NCBI GenBank assembly: GCA_017618595.1
Contig: JAFZTZ010000032.1
Location: 1-51,436 of the forward strand
From: Alphaproteobacteria bacterium
GTDB lineage: Bacteria; Pseudomonadota; Alphaproteobacteria; Rs-D84
Reading direction: 5' to 3'
Length of the DNA stretch: 51,436 nucleotides
Made by a program: the position numbers and the translations under genes. The notes below the pieces were generated by a model. It was not told the origin of the DNA, did no database searches, and saw only the letters and a program-made list of their open reading frames with translations. Positions 1 to 9,440 of the stretch are shown here, piece by piece; the first letter of the stretch is position 1, and every line of letters begins with the position of its first letter.

Positions 1-1556
1 CCATCTGATGATAATTCTATGGCACGCAAATACGCCTCGGCCGCAAGTTCTTTGTCGCCATTTGCCGCGTATGCATCACCCAAATGTTCAAATAATGATG
101 AACAACTGTTTGCGGTGCGCCCTACCCTGCGCAATATATCAAGCGCTTCGTCATTACCTTCGCGGACCGATACAACAACGGCCAATGTGTCCCATGCAAC
201 AATGTCTGTTGGATCATGCTTTATCATAGACATTGCATAGTTATATGCGTTTTCTATTTCGCGTCCCTGGGCGGCCCAAATGCGTGCCTGGATAGTAAGT
301 ATTTCTGTATCCAATTTATTATGTTTCGATGCCGTATGAATATCTGCCTGGGCACGATTTAAATCACCAAACAGAAAATATACCAATGCGCGACGTTTTG
401 TTAAATATACGCGGCCAGATGCAGACAATGCATCATTTTCAAGCGCATTGTTTATCACGCGCAATGCGGCGTTTTTGTCCCCTGCCCCTGTATAAATGGC
501 CACCAATTTATTAATCGCAGGGATAAATAATGGTGCCTGGGAAACAATATCGCGCAGAACCGTCATATCATCGGTTTCTTCGGCGATGCGCATTTGTGCA
601 AACAAATAAAATGGATTTGATGAATCTAAACTTTCAAAATATGTCTGGTAATCACCGCCCATATTTGAAAAGAATTGCCCCATATAGTAATCTATGCTAT
701 GCCCTATCCAAGTGTTATCTGGTGTAATTATTTGGGCAAATCGCAACATCAACACCGATAAATCAGAAAACAGAATTATCTTGGTGTGCGAAACATTCTG
801 GATAAAATTAAACGCCAATGCATTTTTTAAACCGCTGAAAACCGTCCATTCTGGGAATTCATTATAATCTGCCATAAACATTCCTGCGGGTGATGCAGTA
901 AAATCTTTGTGTAATTTTTCCGCCGCATCGGGCATATCATGTGCATTATAGAAAGACATGATATACACATAATCATTTATATTCATAAAATCGGCGGAAA
1001 CCTTGGCAAATTCGGCCACCGCGCGTTTTGTGTCCCCAGTTTCCGCATAAATTTGACCCCGAACAAACGCACGCCACGAAGGGTTGGATTCTATGGTATC
1101 AACATATTTTAATGTCTCAGTAATACGATTTTTCGCGATTCCCGCCCATATACGCAATGGTGCATACAGCGCAGATTTATCCGGTTTATGTCGGGCGTAT
1201 AAATCATCCCATTTATCATTTCTAACAAGATACGCATCGTAAATAAGCCGGGATGATGCATCGGTGCTTTTTGCAAGTTTTTCCGGCGAATCTGGCAAAT
1301 TTCCACCAAGAAATTCCGCCAAACAATATGCACGACGCGGTGTTTCGTATGATATATCAGAAAACACCTTGGCAAAATCGGACGCCTTTTTAAAATCGTT
1401 CACATAAATTGCATGTTGGGCGGCAAGAAAAGCCCCATATTTTGTGGTTTCCCCGGTGTTTTGTGGTGTGGTGGTCGTATAAAACGGCCGCCAAGTAAAA
1501 CAAATCGCCGCGAAAATAGTTGCAATAATAAAAAAATAGAATACAGTTTTCTTCAT
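1..1556 (-). CDS. TPR-like repeat protein with N-terminal membrane anchor or signal; the 3' end runs off the window
   Basis: Absent from the ORF track because no stop lies inside the window. Manual reverse translation from the ATG (complement of 1554-1556) gives MKKTVFYFFIIATIFAAICFTWRPFYTTTTPQN... I checked codon by codon that positions 1-120 stay open, ending ...LGDAYAANGDKELAAEAYLRAIELSSD. The sequence shows TPR-like A/Y/L helical repeats. Confidence 0.7.
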   Translation of the reverse strand, partial: MKKTVFYFFIIATIFAAICFTWRPFYTTTTPQNTGETTKYGAFLAAQHAIYVNDFKKASDFAKVFSDISYETPRRAYCLAEFLGGNLPDSPEKLAKSTDASSRLIYDAYLVRNDKWDDLYARHKPDKSALYAPLRIWAGIAKNRITETLKYVDTIESNPSWRAFVRGQIYAETGDTKRAVAEFAKVSADFMNINDYVYIMSFYNAHDMPDAAEKLHKDFTASPAGMFMADYNEFPEWTVFSGLKNALAFNFIQNVSHTKIILFSDLSVLMLRFAQIITPDNTWIGHSIDYYMGQFFSNMGGDYQTYFESLDSSNPFYLFAQMRIAEETDDMTVLRDIVSQAPLFIPAINKLVAIYTGAGDKNAALRVINNALENDALSASGRVYLTKRRALVYFLFGDLNRAQADIHTASKHNKLDTEILTIQARIWAAQGREIENAYNYAMSMIKHDPTDIVAWDTLAVVVSVREGNDEALDILRRVGRTANSCSSLFEHLGDAYAANGDKELAAEAYLRAIELSSD

Positions 1557-1581
1557 AGCCAAGTTATGCTACAATAATAAT

Positions 1582-2166
1582 ATGAATAGTAAAGAAAAAT
1601 TTGAACGTTACAGCGAATTATTGCGTGAATGGTCGGCCAAGATGAACCTTGTCGCCCCAAGCACCCTTGCGGACATTGAAACACGCCATTTTGCCGATTC
1701 TGCGCAATTAGCGGAGGTATTGCCAAAAAAGGTTAACATAATAGATTTTGGTAGCGGTGCCGGATTCCCGGGCGTTGTTCTTGCAATAATGGGTTGGGAT
1801 GTAACATGTATAGAATCAATTGGCAAAAAAGCATTATTTCTTAATACATTAAAGAATGAACTTGAACTGGATAATTTAACAATTTATAACGGTCGGGTTG
1901 AGGCATTTTTGCCGGCCTTTTTGAAAAAAAATAACGAAAAAGCCGGGAAATTGGATTCGGAGTTTGTGATAACCGCACGTGCATTTGCCCCATTAATCAA
2001 AATTTTAGATTATGTTCGTGGCATAAATTGCCGGCTTTTTCTATTAAAAGGCCGGGAAGTTGAAAATGAAATTGCGGTTGCCAAGGCCAAATATAAATTC
2101 AAATATGAACTTGTGCCATCTAAAACCGGCGATGGATATATTACAATAATCGATTTTAACCGGTAA
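1582..2166 (+). CDS. rsmG: 16S rRNA (guanine527-N7)-methyltransferase RsmG/GidB
   Basis: 194 aa with SAM-binding motif DFGSGAGFPGVVLAI. It sits in the conserved position immediately upstream of parA-parB. Confidence 0.9.
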   Translation: MNSKEKFERYSELLREWSAKMNLVAPSTLADIETRHFADSAQLAEVLPKKVNIIDFGSGAGFPGVVLAIMGWDVTCIESIGKKALFLNTLKNELELDNLTIYNGRVEAFLPAFLKKNNEKAGKLDSEFVITARAFAPLIKILDYVRGINCRLFLLKGREVENEIAVAKAKYKFKYELVPSKTGDGYITIIDFNR

Positions 2167-2178
2167 TTTCATATGAAA
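2167..2178. promoter_or_regulatory. parS-like 12-bp perfect palindrome TTTCATATGAAA, copy 1
   Basis: The 14-mer ATTTCATATGAAAC matches the canonical parS core GTTTCACGTGAAAC at 11/14 positions. The central CG>TA change keeps the dyad symmetry. The site abuts the rsmG stop codon, upstream of parA. Confidence 0.45.
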
Positions 2179-2226
2179 CAAGAAATAACGTATTGGCAAT
2201 ACTGAATTTTTATAGTTATATAATAA

Positions 2227-2238
2227 TTTCATATGAAA
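2227..2238. promoter_or_regulatory. parS-like 12-bp perfect palindrome TTTCATATGAAA, copy 2
   Basis: The identical 15-mer TAATTTCATATGAAA recurs exactly 60 bp downstream of copy 1. I did not notice other full copies in the window. Confidence 0.45.
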
Positions 2239-2347
2239 TAAAAGATAATATGTTGTTTTTAGTGTGTTTTTGCGTATTGTAAAATTTATTTCTTGACCGT
2301 TTATGTTTTTTTATCTATCTTTTGGTTGTTAGTAAGGAAAGGTAAAG

Positions 2348-3121
2348 ATGACAGAAGTAATAGCGTTTGCAAATCAAAAAGGCGGCGTTGGCAAGACGAC
2401 AACTGCAATAAATCTTGGATCGTCGTTGGCAGCGATTAAAAAACGGGTTTTGTTAATAGACTTGGATCCCCAGGGAAATGCTGGAACGGGCCTTGGATTC
2501 GTGCGTTCTTCACATCCGCAAAGTGTTTACGGCGTTTTGATGGGAACCGCGTCAGCCGCAGAAAACATATTATCAACGGCGGTCCCAGGGTTGCATATTT
2601 TGCCATCAACCCAGGCGTTGTCTGGTGCGGCGGTGGAATTGTTAGATATGGAAAACAAAGAATATCGGTTGCGTGATGCGTTAAAACCAATTATGGAACA
2701 TTATGATTATATTTTGCTAGATTGCCCCCCTGCCCTTGATTATGTAACGTTGAACGCGTTAACAACCGCGAATCATGTGATAATACCGTTGCAATGCGAA
2801 TTCTTTGCCATAGAAGGCATTTTGCACTTGGTTAACAATATCAAAGGCGTACAGGAAAAATGGAATCCTGATTTAGATATTTTGGGTGTGTTATTGACCA
2901 TGTATGATCGCAGGTATGGTATGACACACCAGGTAGAAGATGATATAAGAAAAACCTTTGGCGACAAAGTGTTTAAAACGGTTGTTCCGCGCAATGTTCG
3001 CGTAGCCGAGGCCCCAAGCCATGGCAAGCCGGCATTATTTTATGATTTTAATTCAACCGGTGCCCAGGCGTATTTACGTGTCGCGACCGAGGTTGTTCAA
3101 AAATTAGAAAACAGGGGGTAA
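2348..3121 (+). CDS. parA: Chromosome partitioning ATPase ParA/Soj
   Basis: Deviant Walker A motif NQKGGVGKTTTAINL. RBS AAGGAAAGG lies upstream. 257 aa. Confidence 0.95.
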   Translation: MTEVIAFANQKGGVGKTTTAINLGSSLAAIKKRVLLIDLDPQGNAGTGLGFVRSSHPQSVYGVLMGTASAAENILSTAVPGLHILPSTQALSGAAVELLDMENKEYRLRDALKPIMEHYDYILLDCPPALDYVTLNALTTANHVIIPLQCEFFAIEGILHLVNNIKGVQEKWNPDLDILGVLLTMYDRRYGMTHQVEDDIRKTFGDKVFKTVVPRNVRVAEAPSHGKPALFYDFNSTGAQAYLRVATEVVQKLENRG

Positions 3122-3123
3122 AG

Positions 3124-4008
3124 ATGTCAAAATTTGGAATGGGACGGAATTTAAGCGATTTGCAAAATGAAATTGGTGTTGCGCCAGATATTTCTATTTT
3201 ATCCGGCACCGAACGGGTTGTTGTGCGTCAAATACCGCTTGTTCAAATTGGAATTAACCCGGATCAGCCGCGTAAAACATTTAATACCGCAGAATTGGAA
3301 GATTTGGCGGCATCCATTCGTGAAAAGGGTGTGTTAACACCAATTATGTTGCGTCCGGTCAAGGGCAGGGCACATGCCTATGAAATTGTTGCGGGCGAAC
3401 GCAGATATCGCGCAAGTAAGATGGCTGGATTAACTGAAATACCGGCGTTTATTAAGAATTTAGCGGATGAAAATGCAATGGAAATTGCGTTAATAGAAAA
3501 TGTTCAACGCGAAAATCTTAACCCGATTGAAGAGGCCGCCGGTTATGCAAATTTGATGAACAAATGCAAATATACGTTGGAAGATGTATCGCGGTTAATT
3601 GGCAAATCAGAAAGTTATATTAGAAATGCGATTCGTTTGAATGGATTGCCGGCATCTGTTAAGAAAATGGTAGAGCAGGGCGAAATATCTGCTTCACACG
3701 CGCGTACCATCGCGGTTGCCGAAAATCCGGAAGAATTGGCCCAGGAAATTATATCCAAGAAAATGACCGTTGCTGATACAGAACAACGCATGAAAAGGGT
3801 TGCGCGTTCCACGGGCACCCGTAAATTCAATGACAAAACAATGGATGTTAAGGTTGTTCGTGATTTAACAAACCGTGTGGCACGTGTGTTGGATGCCAAG
3901 GTTAAAATAACAGAACGTCGTGGTGGTGCGGGTGTGATAACAATAACATTTAACACGCGCAATCAGTTAAACGAAATTATTAACAAAATTGCCGGCAAAA
4001 ACGAATAA
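3124..4008 (+). CDS. parB: Chromosome partitioning protein ParB/Spo0J
   Basis: ParB-box motif IVAGERRYRAS plus an HTH region. Only 2 nt separate it from parA. 294 aa. Confidence 0.95.
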   Translation: MSKFGMGRNLSDLQNEIGVAPDISILSGTERVVVRQIPLVQIGINPDQPRKTFNTAELEDLAASIREKGVLTPIMLRPVKGRAHAYEIVAGERRYRASKMAGLTEIPAFIKNLADENAMEIALIENVQRENLNPIEEAAGYANLMNKCKYTLEDVSRLIGKSESYIRNAIRLNGLPASVKKMVEQGEISASHARTIAVAENPEELAQEIISKKMTVADTEQRMKRVARSTGTRKFNDKTMDVKVVRDLTNRVARVLDAKVKITERRGGAGVITITFNTRNQLNEIINKIAGKNE

Positions 4009-4101
4009 AATTATTAAAAAGACCGGGAAATTTGACACAAAGGTTAAAATACTTTGTTAAATAAAAAATCCCGGCCTTTTTGCAAAAACACCGGAAATAT
4101 T

Positions 4102-4716
4102 ATGGATCAAAAGAAAATAATTTTGACATACGATTCCATTGCAAATGAATATGATAAATTATATGCCAAACCATCGTGTCATATTAAAGAGTTGTTGAAT
4201 TACATTAGTAAAGATTCGGTTGTCCTTGATTTAGGGTGTGGTGCCGGCAATAATGCAACCTATTTATCTAAAATGGGGTATAATGTGACCGGAATGGACC
4301 TGTCTGATAATATGATTACCATCGCCAAAAACAAAAAATCTGATGCGAAATTTATTAAAGGCGATGTACGCAAGTTGAATTTTAAAAATGATTCGTGTGA
4401 TTCTATAATATCGTCTTATATATTTTGCCATTTATCAAAAACAGATGTTGAGAAGTGTTTGGCGCGATTCCATGATATTTTAAGACCTGGTGGGATGTTA
4501 TTTATAGAGTCATTTACCGGAAATCTTGGTGAAATAACAATACCAGAGCCAATGAACAATGCATTAACAATAGATTTTAACATAATGGCACAAAATGATA
4601 TAGAATTATTACTGGCCGCGAATAATTTTAAGATAATAAAGTTCTGGATTCATGATGATACAGAATTTGGGCTGACGGGTATTCAAGACACATGTATTAT
4701 TGCAAAAAAAATATAA
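4102..4716 (+). CDS. Class I SAM-dependent methyltransferase
   Basis: Motif I VLDLGCGAGNN and the sequence LRPGGMLFI. I chose the ATG at 4102 (MDQKKIIL...) over the upstream TTG at 4054. Confidence 0.75.
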   Translation: MDQKKIILTYDSIANEYDKLYAKPSCHIKELLNYISKDSVVLDLGCGAGNNATYLSKMGYNVTGMDLSDNMITIAKNKKSDAKFIKGDVRKLNFKNDSCDSIISSYIFCHLSKTDVEKCLARFHDILRPGGMLFIESFTGNLGEITIPEPMNNALTIDFNIMAQNDIELLLAANNFKIIKFWIHDDTEFGLTGIQDTCIIAKKI

Positions 4717-4746
4717 AAACACCGGCAATAGCCGGTATTTTTGTGT

Positions 4747-4773
4747 AAAAAAAATGCCCCGAAGGGCATTTAT
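4747..4773. terminator. Bidirectional intrinsic terminator
   Basis: Hairpin ATGCCC-cgaa-GGGCAT flanked by an A-run and a T-run, between the convergent methyltransferase and pal genes. Confidence 0.7.
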
Positions 4774-5189
4774 TATTTGATAGTCGTTGTTGCGTTACGG
4801 TTGAATTTCCAAACGTCTTCACCCGTACCTTTGACCAATGGACGTTCTTTACCATAAGAGATGGTAGAAATACGTTTTGCATTGATACCTTCGTCAACAA
4901 GGACTTTCTTGGCTGCGTTTGCACGACGTGCACCCAATGCCAAGTTATATTCTGTTGAACCACGTTCGTCGCAGTTACCAGCAATTTGGACTTTCACATC
5001 TTCGTGTGATTTCATATACAACGCTTGACCCAACAGGTTGTCATGTGCTGCATCGGAAATTTCCGAAGAATTAAACGCGAAGAAAACGCGTTGACCGTTC
5101 AAATCTTCTGGTTCAACTACGCTTGAACCACCACATGCTGCCAGTAACCCAGCAACACCAGCTAATAAAGCAAAGTTTTTTATTTTCAT
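4773..5189 (-). CDS. pal: Peptidoglycan-associated lipoprotein Pal (OmpA family)
   Basis: Lipobox LLAAC, then OmpA-like domain NCDERGSTEYNLALGARRANAAKKVL...ISYGKERP. 138 aa. Confidence 0.9.
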   Translation of the reverse strand: MKIKNFALLAGVAGLLAACGGSSVVEPEDLNGQRVFFAFNSSEISDAAHDNLLGQALYMKSHEDVKVQIAGNCDERGSTEYNLALGARRANAAKKVLVDEGINAKRISTISYGKERPLVKGTGEDVWKFNRNATTTIK

Positions 5190-5274
5190 GAAAATACTCC
5201 CTTGAGTTTCTGTTGCTCATGAGTTAGTGTATAATAAAAATTTTCAAAAATCAAGACAAAAGAGAATAGATAAT

Positions 5275-6018
5275 ATGCAAGATTTAATAAAAGATTTATT
5301 GTTATCTGGTGTGCGTTGGGAACTGTCCAATGATACCATAGGTTTTTCCGAGATGATATCACATAAAGCGCCAGAGGTAAATCGTACGCGAACCATATCA
5401 ACCGTTGTGCCACCAATAGCACCGATAGTACCCATGTCCATAGATACAGCAACCGCAATGGCGTTGCGTCCAACGACAATTGATTCGTTACAGCGAATGA
5501 TTTTAGAATTTAATCATCCATTGCGTGGTGGCGCATCAAATGTTGTTTTGCCGGTTGCGGCGAATAATCCAAACGGGGTTATGATTATTACAGATATTCC
5601 ATCTAGTGATGATGATGCGTGTGGTCAAATATTGTCGGGCAGGGCAGGGGATTTGATGGATAAAATGTTGGGCGCGATTGAAATGTCGCGTGATTCGGTA
5701 TCAGTTAGTCCGTTGTTATTTTGGCGTACACCTGGGGGGCGAACGCCGTCAAGATTAGAACTGGATTTGTCGCGGCCATTTGTGAATCGGTTCATAGAAT
5801 TAATGGAACCGCGGGTTATTATAACACTTGGGACGGTCGCGGCAATGGAAATAGCGGGTGTTGATTTAATCCATAACCATGGTGCAGAAACAGTACTGCC
5901 AAATAATGTTCATGTGTTTTCAATTTATCATCCAAATTACATAATATTGAAACCTGACACAAAGCGTGATGTTTGGACGTGTCTGCAAAATGTGCAAAAT
6001 TTGTTGAAAAATCTGTAA
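5275..6018 (+). CDS. Uracil-DNA glycosylase family 4-like protein with a divergent motif A
   Basis: The C-terminal region matches the family-4 UDG layout: GDLMDKMLGAIEMSR...WRTPGGRTP...RVIITLG...YHPNY. TDIPS replaces the usual GE(A/G)PG. The start is uncertain (ATG 5275 or GTG 5227). Confidence 0.6.
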   Translation: MQDLIKDLLLSGVRWELSNDTIGFSEMISHKAPEVNRTRTISTVVPPIAPIVPMSIDTATAMALRPTTIDSLQRMILEFNHPLRGGASNVVLPVAANNPNGVMIITDIPSSDDDACGQILSGRAGDLMDKMLGAIEMSRDSVSVSPLLFWRTPGGRTPSRLELDLSRPFVNRFIELMEPRVIITLGTVAAMEIAGVDLIHNHGAETVLPNNVHVFSIYHPNYIILKPDTKRDVWTCLQNVQNLLKNL

Positions 6019-6062
6019 AAATATATAATACTATGGCGCATAGACATAAAAAGGAGCGTACA

Positions 6063-6620
6063 ATTAAACCAGTAAATAATCGTGATAATCGTCGTGACAT
6101 GGGTCCGCGTGTAAATAATCGCATAACTGCGAAAACTGTACAGGTGATCAGCAGTGATGGTCAAAATCTTGGTGAAATGCAGACATCTGATGCAATTCAA
6201 ATGGCGCAGAATTCAGGGATGGATTTGGTGGAATTAAATGGAAATGCCACACCACCAGTTGCAAAGATAATGGATTTTGGAAAATATAAATACGAACAGA
6301 AAAAACGCGCGTCCGAGGCCAAGAAAAAGCAAAAGACCGTTGAAATGAAAGAGGTTTGGATAAAACCGTTCATCGAAGAAAACGATTTGCAAATTAAATT
6401 AAAGAAAGTTTTTGAATTTTTGGAAAATGGCGACAAGGTTAAAATTGCGGTTATGACACATGGTTCAAAACGCGTATTGGCCATGGGTAAAGACGCAATT
6501 CCGGGATTGTTTGCGCACGTTGTTGAATTGATAGGGGACAAGGGTACATTGGAAAGTCGTTCCAAACCCGACGAACGAACTAAATCAATTGTTATTGCGC
6601 CGGCAAAACCTGCAAAGTAG
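6063..6620 (+). CDS. infC: Translation initiation factor IF-3, probable ATT start
   Basis: IF-3 core NRITAKTVQVISSDGQNLG...MDLVELNGNATPPVAKIMDFGKYKYE. A strong SD AAGGAG (6051-6056) lies 6 nt upstream of an in-frame ATT (6063). The upstream ATG at 6033 has no SD, and the track start at 5973 overlaps the UDG gene. Confidence 0.85.
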   Translation: MKPVNNRDNRRDMGPRVNNRITAKTVQVISSDGQNLGEMQTSDAIQMAQNSGMDLVELNGNATPPVAKIMDFGKYKYEQKKRASEAKKKQKTVEMKEVWIKPFIEENDLQIKLKKVFEFLENGDKVKIAVMTHGSKRVLAMGKDAIPGLFAHVVELIGDKGTLESRSKPDERTKSIVIAPAKPAK

Positions 6621-6626
6621 ATAAAA

Positions 6627-6649
6627 AACACCCGTTTGGGTGTTTTTTT
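6627..6649 (+). terminator. Intrinsic terminator after infC
   Basis: Hairpin AACACCC-gttt-GGGTGTT followed by a T-run. Confidence 0.75.
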
Positions 6650-6703
6650 GTGGAATATTAAATTTTATTTTTGTATCTTTTTGTTGTTCTAAGAGGTTGT
6701 ATT

Positions 6704-6907
6704 ATGGAAAACGAAAAACTGTCGTTTGAAGAAGCGTATAAACAATTAAGCGAATTGGTAAAGAAAATGGAATCTGGGGAATTACCGTTGGCGGATTCTG
6801 TTGCGGCGTATGAACAGGGCATAAAATTAAAAGCGTACTGTGAACAATTGTTAAAAGAAGCCGAATTGAAAATTGAAACATTAAAGATTACCAACCCTGC
6901 AGAGTAA
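6704..6907 (+). CDS. xseB: Exodeoxyribonuclease VII small subunit
   Basis: MENEKLSFEEAYKQLSELVKKMESGELPLADSVAAYEQGIKL... is a typical XseB helical hairpin. RBS AAGAGG lies upstream of the ATG at 6704. The stop overlaps the mutS start (TAATG). Confidence 0.85.
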   Translation: MENEKLSFEEAYKQLSELVKKMESGELPLADSVAAYEQGIKLKAYCEQLLKEAELKIETLKITNPAE

Positions 6908-9438
6908 TGGATTTGGCAATGGCCGAAAAAAGTAAACTTAGCCCCGTAATGCAGCAGTATGTAGATTTCAAGGAAGAAAATCCTGATGCATTGCTGATGT
7001 TTCGTCTTGGGGATTTTTACGAATCTTTCTTTGAAGATGCGAAGGTTATCAGTTCTAAATTGGGATTGGTTTTAACGGCGCGTGGTACCGATGGTGATGG
7101 TGTGGATATTCCAATGTGTGGAATACCGTGGCATGCATCTGATAATTATTTCGGGCGACTTGTGCGGGCAGGGTATAAACTTGCGCTGGTGGAACAAATG
7201 GAAACGCCGGCCCAGGCCAAAGAACGTGGACATAAATTTATTGAACGGAAAATAATACGTGTGCTGACCCCGGGAACCTTAACCGATGAAAATTTGTTAT
7301 CGCCGAAAAGTTCAAATTTTTTAATCGCAATTATGCCGTCGGGTACGATGTTTGATATTGCTGGGTGTGATATATCAACGGGTGAATTCTTTGTTGGTCA
7401 AACCGGTGATATTATCGATGATTTGGTTCGCATTGCCCCGGCGGAAATTATTTATCCATCTGTGGATGCCGAAAACAATACAATTTTGCATATTCGCGAT
7501 ATGTTCAAAACAACGCCTGTGTTTGATAAGATATATCGTCGTGCAGATATAGATACCATTATAAGTTCTGTGTTTTCAGATGCGGTTAGTGCAAATAATA
7601 CGAACTTGGCGGTTGGACTGCTGGCTGGGTATTTATTTAATACACAACGCGGGGCGGCATTAACATTTCGTGCGCCGTACCAGTTTAAGTCTGGGGCACA
7701 AATGCTGATAGATTCGGCGACATGGAAAAGTTTGGAAATAGACGCGCCAATAAATGATGGTGGCAAATGTTTGTTGGATGTGTTGGATAATACTAAAACG
7801 GCGGCGGGTGGGCGCAAATTACGTTCATATCTGCGTACATTGTCGGCGGATATAAATGTGTTGCGTGATCGCCAGGAACACATAGGACACCTTGTTCGTA
7901 ATACCGATGTTCGTGGTATGGTTTCGCGTATGTTGGGAAAAATTCCTGATGTTGGGCGTGCGTTATCAAGATTATTGTCTGGGCGCGGAATGCCACGTGA
8001 TATGCGCAATGTCACAGATTTCTTGATTGAATTGCCAAATGTTAAAATGATCGCAACACGTTTGGATACAACGCTTGCCGCGCGATTTGAAAATATAACA
8101 ACACATGATAATTTGGCATCACAATTAAATGCTGCGCTGGGGGATGATTTGCCAACATTTTTCCGTGATGGCGGTGTGGTGCGTGATGGTTTTGATTTAA
8201 CATTGGATAATATGCGCGCGCTGTCTCATGGGGCCAAAGAAACAATCGCGTCAATGCAGGAACAATATGCAAACGAAACAGGTATTCATACACTAAAGAT
8301 AAAATTCAATAATGTCCTTGGGTATTTTATAGAGGTTCCATCTGCCCGCGCTGATGGTATGATGCGTGCAGATTCCGGATTTATTCATCGTCAAACAATG
8401 ACCGGAAATGTGCGGTTTACAACATCGCGACTGATAGAATTAGATAATGATATTCGTACCGCCGCGGACAAGGCCGCCGCGATAGAGGCAGAAATAATTG
8501 ATAAATTTATCGAACAAATTCGTGCAATTTCAAATGATTTACTGGCGGCGGCGGATGCAATTGCTGATTTGGATGTATGGCATTCATTGTCGCGGTGCGC
8601 AATAGATTGGAACTGGGTGCGCCCCGATATAACAACAGAATCTGATTTTAATATAACAGGCGGTCGTCACCCGGTCATAGAATCTGTATTGCGTGCACAT
8701 GGTGATAGTTTTGTTAAAAATGACTGCGCCTTGGATGAACAATCGGTTGCATTGCTGACCGGACCGAATATGGCGGGTAAATCAACATACCTGCGTCAAA
8801 ACGCATTGTTGGTGGTACTGGCGCATTTAGGATCATTTGTTCCGGCAAAAAGTGCAAAAATCGGTATATGCGACCAATTATTTAGTCGTGTTGGTGCATC
8901 CGATAACTTGGCCGCGGGTCAATCAACCTTTATGGTTGAAATGGGTGAAACGGCGAATATATTGCGTCGTGCAACACCGCATTCATTTATCATATTTGAT
9001 GAAATAGGGCGGGGTACTGCGACATACGATGGTATGGCCATTGCCCAGGCGGTATTAGAATACCTGGACACATTGCGGGCACGGACATTATTCGCAACGC
9101 ATTATCACGAATTGACACACCTTGTCGCACAAAATGGTGGAAATTTGAAAAATGTATTGTGTTTAACCATCGATGTTCGTGAACATAACAATGAAATTGT
9201 GTTTATGCACCGCATAATCCCGGGTGTTGCAAATCGTTCATATGGGATACATGTTGCCAAAATGGCGGGTATGCCAGAAACAGTTGTTGCACGGGCGGAA
9301 ACGGTTCTTGCCAGTCTGGAAGGTGATTTGCCCAAGACAGTACAGACTAAATCACCACAATCCAAAAAAACAGAGCCCAAGGTAGCATCACCAGATGCGC
9401 ACCAAGGACAATTATCGTTATTTGATGGGGGATGTTAA
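6907..9438 (+). CDS. mutS: DNA mismatch repair protein MutS
   Basis: 843 aa. N-terminal mismatch-binding region PVMQQYVDFKEENPDALLMFRLGDFYESFFEDA, Walker A GPNMAGKST, and STFMVEM. Confidence 0.97.
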   Translation: MDLAMAEKSKLSPVMQQYVDFKEENPDALLMFRLGDFYESFFEDAKVISSKLGLVLTARGTDGDGVDIPMCGIPWHASDNYFGRLVRAGYKLALVEQMETPAQAKERGHKFIERKIIRVLTPGTLTDENLLSPKSSNFLIAIMPSGTMFDIAGCDISTGEFFVGQTGDIIDDLVRIAPAEIIYPSVDAENNTILHIRDMFKTTPVFDKIYRRADIDTIISSVFSDAVSANNTNLAVGLLAGYLFNTQRGAALTFRAPYQFKSGAQMLIDSATWKSLEIDAPINDGGKCLLDVLDNTKTAAGGRKLRSYLRTLSADINVLRDRQEHIGHLVRNTDVRGMVSRMLGKIPDVGRALSRLLSGRGMPRDMRNVTDFLIELPNVKMIATRLDTTLAARFENITTHDNLASQLNAALGDDLPTFFRDGGVVRDGFDLTLDNMRALSHGAKETIASMQEQYANETGIHTLKIKFNNVLGYFIEVPSARADGMMRADSGFIHRQTMTGNVRFTTSRLIELDNDIRTAADKAAAIEAEIIDKFIEQIRAISNDLLAAADAIADLDVWHSLSRCAIDWNWVRPDITTESDFNITGGRHPVIESVLRAHGDSFVKNDCALDEQSVALLTGPNMAGKSTYLRQNALLVVLAHLGSFVPAKSAKIGICDQLFSRVGASDNLAAGQSTFMVEMGETANILRRATPHSFIIFDEIGRGTATYDGMAIAQAVLEYLDTLRARTLFATHYHELTHLVAQNGGNLKNVLCLTIDVREHNNEIVFMHRIIPGVANRSYGIHVAKMAGMPETVVARAETVLASLEGDLPKTVQTKSPQSKKTEPKVASPDAHQGQLSLFDGGC

Positions 9439-9440
9439 AT

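Noticed and set aside
5973-6032. The longest-ORF start for infC at 5973.
   Set aside because: It overlaps the last 46 nt of the UDG-like gene, adds a non-conserved N-terminal extension and has no SD. The SD+ATT at 6063 fits better.
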